Of a stretch of 16,221 bases of DNA, positions 7,301-14,900 are shown piece by piece (positions within the stretch are counted from its first letter, which is position 1; the number at the start of each line of letters is the position of its first letter). Position numbers and translations under genes: made by a program. Below the pieces are notes generated by a model. The model saw only the letters and a program-made list of their open reading frames with translations, was not told where the DNA came from and did not search any database. This DNA comes from an uncultured bacterium (GTDB lineage Bacteria > CSSED10-310 > CAZUFC01). The stretch is from NCBI GenBank assembly GCA_964619725.1, contig CAZUFC010000113.1, positions 9,355 through 25,575 of the forward strand, given 5' to 3'.

Positions 7301-8317
7301 ACGAACTATTACATCATGGTTTCCGCGATAAACGACGACGGAGGCATCCTCTTTTTCAACTTCAACTTCACCGGTTCCGACGTCACCAGTCAGTGCTTTA
7401 TAGAGGAGAGCGACATTTGCGAAGGAGAAACGGCCCAGCTTCACTGCACCACGACAGGTTCCAACGGCCCCTTCTTCTATGCGTGGCAGCCTGCGGACTA
7501 CCTGGATGATCCTTCATCCCCTGACCCGATATTCGGTCCCGCTCCTCCCGGCGATTACGGTCCCTATTTTTGTAGAGTTTTCGATGCCTGGGGATGCAGC
7601 GCCGTATGCGATGAAGGCATACAGGCGACTGTGTATGAACTCCCTTCCGTCACTGTCGAGGGGCCTGCGGAAATATGTCCGAATGACTGCCCCGCGGTTT
7701 TAAGCGCTTCTCCCGGTTTTGAATTGTATCTCTGGAATACGGGAGAAACGACTCAGGACATTGCGGCATGTTCGACCGGCGATTACTGGGTAACCGTCAC
7801 GGATAATTACGGATGCAACAGTACAAGCGACATGCATTCCCTGACGGTTTTCCCGGAAGTATCGGCAAATGCCGGCCCGAATCACTCGATACTGCCAGGT
7901 CAGGCGGTCCAGCTAGGAGGCGATCCTACGGCTTCGGGAGGAACCCCGCCATTAACTTGTTCCTGGTCGCCGCCTGCAGGCCTGGACGATCCCGGTTCGC
8001 CTAATCCGGTCGCCCAACCCGGCGTAACCACGATCTATACCGTGGAGGTTACGGATGCACACGGATGCATGAGTCAAGACTCTTGCACAGTCTTCGTCGG
8101 GGAAGAACCCAGCCCCACTCCCACAAATTCGCCCGAACCGACGCATACGCCTACACTCAGACCGACGAAAACGCCCACAGATACTCCCACATCACAACCT
8201 ACCCCTACGCAATCCCGAACGCCAGTTCCTCCAGTGATTCCGACCGCCGGCTCTTTAGGGACTATCCTGCTGACTTTTATTGTCAGCGCCTTGCTGTTGA
8301 GAAAAGTCAAATTCTGA
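4307..8317 (+). CDS. Secreted multidomain C39-like cysteine peptidase with Pro/Thr linkers, Ig/CARDB/PKD-like modules and an IPTL-CTERM-like membrane anchor (1336 aa)
   Basis: Start moved from 4250 to ATG 4307 (GAGGAG at 4293-4298; signal peptide MRKFLKQCSAFLIIFFIASRGITSA). C39-like motifs VPFYYQITSWYCGEASLEMVFDYYG (Cys codon 5012), GHFRVVKGY (His 5342) and VHDPW (Asp 5396). PT linkers at 5888-6076 and 8108-8236. PPANDDCEDA module from 6965. Two W.P..LDDP.SP.P repeats. C-terminus IPTAGSLG + hydrophobic helix + RKVKF. Confidence 0.85.
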   Translation: MRKFLKQCSAFLIIFFIASRGITSAAPENYAEFFKWLQQASAENEDMTGGASSWADGELRPGITVYGYPPAGPLYHVYCVEVGGEITGLMGVDAETLDWQWYNSKYRGKKYPAVSRREAGLMARSILEEMDIDEPFDAMRVVTMPDRHLYWYVGKEASSGEMEYEIFINVDDADGTATHATKEAKGLMMSLDFGEEAVEYEASGRAGNDRKTDDFLYPDEYNLMVPFYYQITSWYCGEASLEMVFDYYGPDIGQHDIGDVANEHYSYGTYASDCKRAAHFSDMSTAIQDPNLQGYDERAVGYAAPHAQWNNPAIYDYRYSDIKTYIFTGYPFFVLTHYDSGHNSGHFRVVKGYSDISDVFLVHDPWYTSPYSGPDVNFNQTFFVDNLWTRYSRWGLLIIPWEGEISAPENLPLGGLFTVEVEVTYPGPHDLENMDAVTSSQATIELPAGYSLYSGNQTQFLPDIQETSDTDTVQWIVQAPAYNSGPDEIVVTFQGVVTGDSWSYPNYTDRIGGETSHTVTTSGIETWTPTLTPTVTPTATLTPTPTSSPTVTSTPTRTPTVTLSPTSSPTSTPTLSPTPTFSPTSTPTIPYHDVAAVCIETDPSDRMFSGERPREQGDVYLPRVWVQNLGNCLEYVTVNVTDTASGYSTTNSIPHILLPGDCVPVLPDDVWNAPSCCGGYQFTANAMIDYDENPSNNFTGPKYMEVPETPLDELYCDDGTPANFVGYLNDETYALANEFTPDEYPCYIDYVRVYMRNDPDSETFNPFWIRIWPEDPDNPGYPDDTPIFSDRCMWNRDPIDAQGWSYAVPPCDAGKLTISSGKFWVGTTDLDNCAGPGVDMIATDAERDYAGNWVKSGETWINNPLFWDQEGYGDMMIRADVSYVMEPPANDDCEDAFVITENDYSASINTVLATTMPSDPVPSCGGNSNAKSVWWKYTPETCGVISADVCDSAYPTILSVWTGSCEDMTEIACNDYNDYICGMENTRSAVDLLPVSAGTNYYIMVSAINDDGGILFFNFNFTGSDVTSQCFIEESDICEGETAQLHCTTTGSNGPFFYAWQPADYLDDPSSPDPIFGPAPPGDYGPYFCRVFDAWGCSAVCDEGIQATVYELPSVTVEGPAEICPNDCPAVLSASPGFELYLWNTGETTQDIAACSTGDYWVTVTDNYGCNSTSDMHSLTVFPEVSANAGPNHSILPGQAVQLGGDPTASGGTPPLTCSWSPPAGLDDPGSPNPVAQPGVTTIYTVEVTDAHGCMSQDSCTVFVGEEPSPTPTNSPEPTHTPTLRPTKTPTDTPTSQPTPTQSRTPVPPVIPTAGSLGTILLTFIVSALLLRKVKF

Positions 8318-8362
8318 TCAGAGCCTTTCCGCAAAACACTCCGATCCGTTTTAAAAGCAGAT

Positions 8363-8391
8363 TTGCTTTCATTCGTGCTGAAATATATAAT
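8363..8391 (+). promoter_or_regulatory. Sigma70-type promoter for the M14 carboxypeptidase gene
   Basis: TTGCTT (8363-8368), N17, perfect TATAAT (8386-8391). RBS GGGAGA at 8415-8420 before ATG 8426. Confidence 0.65.
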
Positions 8392-8425
8392 TTGACCGGT
8401 TTAACTCAACCGCCGGGAGAAAATC

Positions 8426-11400
8426 ATGAGAAAAAATATGAGGATTGCGGCTTTGTTCCTTGCGGGTCTTTGTCTCGTAGTCTGCGCTCACTCAAGACCT
8501 TTACCCGATATGCGGGTGAGGATTTATAAGAATAATGCGTTCAAAGATTTCCATGACCTGAAAAAAATGAAAATAAATCCTGTCGCTCGCGGTAAAAACT
8601 ATATCGACGCGGACTGGTATCGTTCGGAAACAGATCAATTGGAAGAAATGGGGCTCTCATTTGAGGTGGTTATAGCGGATTTGGAAAAGGAACGTGAGCG
8701 TATAAGAAAAGCGGGTTCGAAGGGTGAGTATCATACATTTGAGAGTTTGCAGGCCGATCTGCTCGAACTGGCTGCGACATATTCGGATATTTGTATTTAC
8801 GATGTTCTGGGACAGTCGGTGTTGGGGCGCGATCTGATATATGTCAAGATATCGGATAATGCGGCGGATGATGAAGCAGAGCCCGAGATCAGGTGGGATG
8901 CGAACGTTCACGGCGATGAGAAGATAACGCAGGAGGTCGCTTTTTTTCTGGCGCAGCAGTTATGTGAGCAGTATGGTTCCGATCCCTATATTACGGACCT
9001 GGTGGATACCCGGGAGATATTCATATTTCCCTGCGTTAATCCAGACGGCATGGTTTCAGGGAGTCGCTACAATGCGAATGGAGTCGACTGCAACCGGGAT
9101 TACGGTTTTAAGTGGGATGCCTGGGGAGGCAGCGCTTCGCCTTTTTCGCAACCGGAGATTCAGGCCAACCGTCTTTTGATGGAGCAGAATCAGTTCGTAT
9201 TCGGTTCTTCATATCATTCAGGGACTCAATATTTTTCATTTCCCTGGAGTTATCAGTATGAAGCGACGCCCGATAATGCCGAATATGAGTTCATACAAGC
9301 TGAATACGGCGAGCTGGCTTCTTACGCGGGCGGACAAGGCAGTCACGGAATGTATTACATCAACGGCAGTTCAAAAGACACGGACCATGGCTGCATGTCC
9401 ACATTGGGATGGACGATTGAGCTTTCAAATATTAAGACGCCTCCTGCTTCTGAGATTGAGAGTTTCTGTACGCGGAACTGGGAAGCGAGTCTCTTGTTGA
9501 TTGAGCAATGCGGTTACGGCGTATCAGGGACAGTGACGGACATGTCGACGGGTGAGCCGGTTGCGGCTTTCGTCAGAATACAGGGTCGAGGTTGGGGAGC
9601 GTATGCCGACCCGGAGCTAGGCGACTATCACCGGTATCTGAGGCCGGGCACATATACACTGGAAGCCTGGGCCTGCGGTTATGAGATGCAGGTCATTCCC
9701 GGCATAGCCGTTTACGAGGACCAGGCTGTTATTGTCGATTTCACTCTGCATCGCAGCGCTGAATCATACGCTTACAAGATAGTCTATTGTAATGATACTC
9801 AAACGGACGACAACAATCACACGCATCCTGCGAATCTTCTCGGTCCCCCGGACGGGCTTTATTGTTCTATAGGCGTAGGGGCTTATATTGCTCTGGATAT
9901 GGGCATGGGAACGGAAATAGAAGATATGGAGGGAACAGATTTTACTGTTGTTGAAGCGGAAGGCGCTGCGGAGGGATATAATGTTAAGGCATCGAATGAC
10001 TGGCAAGGCCCCTGGACTCCTATCGGAGACGGCGAAGGGACGACTGGTTTCGATCTGAACGGGTCAGGATATGAATCAGTGCGCTATATTCTGATCACAG
10101 ACGACGGCGACGGCTCTCCGGGCGCCGCCGATCCGGGCGTGGATATTGATGCCGTCGTTGTGGAACGTCCCATACCCGGATGCGGCGCTCTCGAACTCGA
10201 CAAAAACCGCTACGGCTGCGACGATGAGATAGATATTGCCCTGGCGGATGCAGACCTGGATACGAATCCTGAACAGGCGGAAACGCATGACGTGCTGATC
10301 CTTTCTGACACCGAACCTGCAGGGGAAACAGTCACCCTGACCGAAACGGGAGTCGACACGGCTGAATTTCAGGGGAGTATCCAGACTACTTCGGGGACAG
10401 GCATCCCGGGTATGATTGAAATTCAACACGATGATCTCCTTCAAGCCGTTTACGAGGATGCCGACTGCGAAGGCGAACCGCAAACCGTGATCACTCAAGC
10501 GACGGCAGACTGTTCAGGTCCTGAAATATCAGCGGTCGAAGTCGGAGAAATCGCGGAAAATTACGCAGTCATCGAATGGACGACCGACGAAGAGGCAAAC
10601 TCGCTTGTCCGGTACGGCGCCGTCATACCGCCTGATACGGAATCCTTCCTGCCGGGCAGGAGGCTTCAGCATTCGATTATGCTCAATGAACTGGATGAAG
10701 GAACTGATTATTATTTTGAAGTCGTCTCAGTCGATGAAGCCGGCAACGAAACGATTGACGATAACGGCGGCCTCTATTACCTGTTTACTACAAAAATAAG
10801 AATGATAATCCTTCAGGAAGCTATGGACACGGACCCCGGCTGGTCCGTATCGGGAGGTTCCTGGGAATTCGGGCAGCCCACCGGTCAGGGCGGGGACCAC
10901 GGCGGTCCGGACCCCGTATCCGGTTATACCGGTGAAAACGTATATGGTTACAACCTTAACGGAGACTATACAAACTATATGCCGGAATATCATCTGACGA
11001 CAGGGGCCCTGGATTGCTCCCAGGGAACGGGCGTTCAACTGGAATTTTACCGGTGGCTGGGCGTCGAACAACCCTCGTACGATCATGCAAAATTGTCCGT
11101 ATCCAACAACGGCGTATCCTGGAATACCGTCTGGGAAAACGATGAAGAAGTCGCTGATACGGAATGGACTCATCAATCCTTCGACATCTCCGGTACCGCT
11201 GATCAACAATCGACCGTCTATATCCGGTGGACCATGGGCGAAACAGACTCCTCCTGGGTATATTGCGGATGGAATATCGACGACGTTCTCGTATCATACC
11301 TGGTCGACGGCGACTTCACACCTACGCCCTCGCTTCCCCCTACCCTGACGCCTACCGTCACTCCTTCTATCACGCATACCGCAACTTCTTCTCCAACAGA

Positions 11401-11944
11401 AACACATACGCCTACTCAATCCCCTTCAAATACTCCCACCCTCACCGCTTCCCCGACCGAAACCGCCACGCCTACTAATGTTCCTCCGACAGCTTCTCCA
11501 ACGCTCACACCATCCCCAACATGCACGACAGCGCCCTCATCAACGCCCGAAGCATCTCCGACATTCAATGCTACTGTTACGCCGACGCCGGAATCCGGCC
11601 TGTTCGTCGATCTTGTCCTCAACGATCACGAGTTCTACGCAGGTGATATGTTCATGCTCCTGATCACTATTTTGAACAGGCAGGACGAAAGTTGCGGTTG
11701 CCAGTACATCATTCTGGACGTGTACGGAGATTTCTGGTACTGGCCTGAATGGACGCCGGAACCCGGTTTCAGAGAACGATGCCTGGAAGCCTGGACGGAT
11801 TACGACAACGAAGAAATACTAACCTTCGTATGGCCGGAAAACGCAGGAAGCGCCCAAAATATTAAATTCTGGGCCGCCATGGTCGATCCCGATGCCGCCC
11901 TCATCCTGGGGAATTACGATATGGAAGAATTCTCCTTCTTCTGA
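8426..11944 (+). CDS. Secreted multidomain M14 zinc carboxypeptidase (propeptide, catalytic domain, carboxypeptidase-regulatory-like, Ig/FN3-like and beta-sandwich modules, PT linker, unassigned C-terminal domain)
   Basis: 1172 aa with a signal peptide. Motifs YHTFESL, LGQSVLGRDL, HGDE (His162/Glu165), NPDG, RYNANGVDCNRDY, SYHSG (His264) and WTIEL (Glu332). GVSGTVTD...GEPV regulatory-like domain. IEWTTDE.ANS.VRYG FN3-like module. GWNIDDV-ending sandwich. PT linker at 11318-11590. Confidence 0.92.
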   Translation: MRKNMRIAALFLAGLCLVVCAHSRPLPDMRVRIYKNNAFKDFHDLKKMKINPVARGKNYIDADWYRSETDQLEEMGLSFEVVIADLEKERERIRKAGSKGEYHTFESLQADLLELAATYSDICIYDVLGQSVLGRDLIYVKISDNAADDEAEPEIRWDANVHGDEKITQEVAFFLAQQLCEQYGSDPYITDLVDTREIFIFPCVNPDGMVSGSRYNANGVDCNRDYGFKWDAWGGSASPFSQPEIQANRLLMEQNQFVFGSSYHSGTQYFSFPWSYQYEATPDNAEYEFIQAEYGELASYAGGQGSHGMYYINGSSKDTDHGCMSTLGWTIELSNIKTPPASEIESFCTRNWEASLLLIEQCGYGVSGTVTDMSTGEPVAAFVRIQGRGWGAYADPELGDYHRYLRPGTYTLEAWACGYEMQVIPGIAVYEDQAVIVDFTLHRSAESYAYKIVYCNDTQTDDNNHTHPANLLGPPDGLYCSIGVGAYIALDMGMGTEIEDMEGTDFTVVEAEGAAEGYNVKASNDWQGPWTPIGDGEGTTGFDLNGSGYESVRYILITDDGDGSPGAADPGVDIDAVVVERPIPGCGALELDKNRYGCDDEIDIALADADLDTNPEQAETHDVLILSDTEPAGETVTLTETGVDTAEFQGSIQTTSGTGIPGMIEIQHDDLLQAVYEDADCEGEPQTVITQATADCSGPEISAVEVGEIAENYAVIEWTTDEEANSLVRYGAVIPPDTESFLPGRRLQHSIMLNELDEGTDYYFEVVSVDEAGNETIDDNGGLYYLFTTKIRMIILQEAMDTDPGWSVSGGSWEFGQPTGQGGDHGGPDPVSGYTGENVYGYNLNGDYTNYMPEYHLTTGALDCSQGTGVQLEFYRWLGVEQPSYDHAKLSVSNNGVSWNTVWENDEEVADTEWTHQSFDISGTADQQSTVYIRWTMGETDSSWVYCGWNIDDVLVSYLVDGDFTPTPSLPPTLTPTVTPSITHTATSSPTETHTPTQSPSNTPTLTASPTETATPTNVPPTASPTLTPSPTCTTAPSSTPEASPTFNATVTPTPESGLFVDLVLNDHEFYAGDMFMLLITILNRQDESCGCQYIILDVYGDFWYWPEWTPEPGFRERCLEAWTDYDNEEILTFVWPENAGSAQNIKFWAAMVDPDAALILGNYDMEEFSFF

Positions 11945-11953
11945 TGGACCGAA

Positions 11954-14900
11954 TTAAATTAAACTCGATTTTTTTCTGGTCACGCAAGTCAATCCGAACG
12001 TGAGGATGATTAAAAGGCTCAGCAAACCTGCTGTGTCAAGCGCCGGGATGGGTGCCGGGGACGGTTGAGCTGTCGGGGTTGCGGTGAATTGCGGGGTATG
12101 TGTTGCAGGTTGTGTGGGAATACCTGTTGGGATTTCCGTCGGGACCTGCGTGGCTGTTTCGGTCGGAATTTCTGAAGGTATCTCTGATGGAGCCTGGGTA
12201 GGAATTCCGGTGGCGACTTGTGTGGGGATATCGGTCGGAATCGGCGTAGGAACAGGAGTAAGCGGTTGATCGTTGTAATGAAAACCCATATCGACGGTTC
12301 CGCTGTCGTCTGCAAGGTCGGTTCTGGTGTTTAAATCGTTCATGCTGAAGCCCAGAACTTCCAGGTTTGAAGCCAGGTCGCTGCCCGCGTCGACGCACGG
12401 ACTGTCCACGGATTGTCCTGCGGCTGTCTGGCCGAGATAATATTCGCCTCCCGGCCCGGTCGCAAACAGCGGGTCTTCAGAGATATCATCGTCGCCCGCA
12501 GTGCATCCGACATAATTCTGAGAATTATTCCAGACGCAATTGTAATTTATCGCGGCATCTTTCGATGAACCGGCTGTGAAGTAACCTCCGTTGATGAATA
12601 TCCCGGTATAGTCGTTGGAGACTACTATATTATCGGTAATGACGGGAGATGGATCATAGCCCGTTATGTAAATTCCGTCCGAAGAATGAGTCAGTGTGTT
12701 GTTGGTAATGATGGGAGCCATAGAAAATTCGCCGTCGTTCTGCAGCCTGATGCATTGTTCGGCAGCGTTATCGATCAGGTTGTTCGATATGATGCTGGTG
12801 CATGAGGTGCCGGCTTCGATATCGATACCTTTCCCGGCGTTTTTAATCATGTTGTGAGCGAAGGTTCCCTGCGCGCCGACAGTGTAACCGCCTTTCAGAT
12901 ATATGCCTCGGGATTCGCCCGCATCTCCGGACTTGATGACGTTTTCCGAAACGACGGGATTAATCGTTTATTTCGACCCTGCACGTTTTTTGACCGGTTC
13001 GATGAATTCCAGCATAATTCCGCTGTCCATTACGTTGCGGCTGATAGTCGGCGTTAATTCTTCGCTGGTCGATACTCCAATGCCGTAATTCCCGCCGGTT
13101 ATGACGTTTTCGGTTATTGTCGGCGCTGCAATGTCATAATGGTTCATTCCTGAGCAGATGATGCCGTATCCTTCGGCTTTTGAGCCGTTCCGGGGTTCAT
13201 ATAGACTGATTTCATTGCGCGTGATGGTCGGACTGACTGGTCCTTCTCTACCGTACGTCTCTATTCCTGTATCTCCTGTCATTTCAATTACATTGTCTGC
13301 GATATAGGCAGCATTATTACCGGCGTATGAGGAGAAGGCGATGCCTGTTGAGCTGCCTGTTACGACATTGGAAGTTATGACGCTGTTCATGACGTTATAA
13401 AAACTTCTGCCGGTGATGCCTGTAACGGCGGCTCCGTAGGAGGATGCAGAAATTGTGTTGCCGGTTATTTCCAGGGAGCAGCTTCCATATTCTGCATAGG
13501 CTGTGATTCCCGTATTATAAGTTTCTTTGACTGTATTTCGAGCGATGCTGCCGAACATGTTCAGGCTAGTCGAAGAACATTGTATCCCGGAACTGTTGTA
13601 ATCCAGTTCATTATGAGTAACAGTCAGGTCCATTGAGTTCTGTTTCGACCCGGAATTATAAGCCGCTGCAGCGTATTCATTCACGGCGATGCCCGTGTAA
13701 GAACCCGTGACGACATTATCGACAATGATCGGCGCCGTTTCGCCGGCGCTTACGGCGACTCGAACGCCGGTTTCCCTGGCCGTGATCGAGTTTCTGACGA
13801 CCATGGGATCGTTGTCGCCGTATTCCGTATAAAGAAACATCCCGTTGCTGGTTTCGAGTATGGTGTTGTCAGCCAGGATGGGCGTCATGTCTCCGTCGTA
13901 ACTGAATCCGCTTATTGCCGTCTCTCTGCTGCTGATCATATTGCGGGAAATGTTCATGACGTTATCGGCTCCGTCGGCGCTCGTCCCAATAATGCCGGAG
14001 CTGCTGTTAATCAGTGAATTATCGATGATGGACGGCATAAGGTCCAACGGCGAAGACTGAACCTCAACGCCGATATACTGGCTCGATACCGTATTGTCGG
14101 TTATGCTGGAAGTTAAAGCGCCGGAATATGAATTTAAACATACTCCGGTCAGAAAACTGTTGATTTCGTTACTGACGACCGTTCCCCCCATTGAACCGCC
14201 GTAACTGCGGCACCGAATTCCGTCCGACTTCTCCGCATTGATCAGATTCTGTGAAATGTCCGGATAACAAGAGCCTTCTGTTTCTATGTCCACTCCGGTA
14301 AATTTGACGGCCAGAGTATTTTGAGAAATTAAAGGCGTTGCATCTCCGTAATCGGTTTTCAGAACCAGGCCGTTATTAGAGTTTAATATCACATTATGAC
14401 TGAACGAGGAGGTCAGTTCTCCGTAAGTAAATACGGTAATGCCGTTGCCTGCTGAATCCTGATTGCCGAAAATGGTGTTCTGATCGAATGTCGTCGACGT
14501 ATCGCCGGAAAAAGCACGGGTGATTATCCCGCAGTAAAGCTCGTCAATGGCGAAAATTTCATTGTGCGAAATGTTGCCGCTCATGTCCATCAGTCCCGCT
14601 CGACAAGTTACGCCGTAATTGCCTGAATAAAGGTAATTATCGGTTATAGTCGGAGCCAGAACGTTTTTTTCGACCCCGTACCCGTTTATAATCGTAATGC
14701 CGGGATAACCGGAGGTGATGAAGTTACGTGAGCATTCGGGATCGGTAATTGTTCCGAGAGAGGACGAAAGGTGAATCCCTTCGTTAGAAGCGTCGATGTC
14801 ATTGTCGCTGCACGTCGGCATCAGATATCCGTAATAGCCGTATACGTCTATTCCGCTGTTGCCCGATGTAATGGTATTCCAGGTTAAGGTTCCGTTCAGG

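Noticed and set aside
5854-12398. Val/Gly-rich antisense ORFs (5854-6057, 8074-8334, 11416-11622, 12084-12269) and alternate-frame ORFs over the linkers
   Set aside because: These are the expected reverse-complement or shifted readings of Pro/Thr linker codons, not independent genes.
11954-12850. Independent 298-aa gene
   Set aside because: It starts mid beta-helix coil, has no signal peptide despite a surface anchor, and is in frame with the upstream ORF, so it is treated as the 3' part of one gene.
12968-12970. Selenocysteine, pyrrolysine or alternative genetic code
   Set aside because: The codon is TAA, not TGA or TAG, and TAA, TGA and TAG all serve as normal stops for genes in this window.
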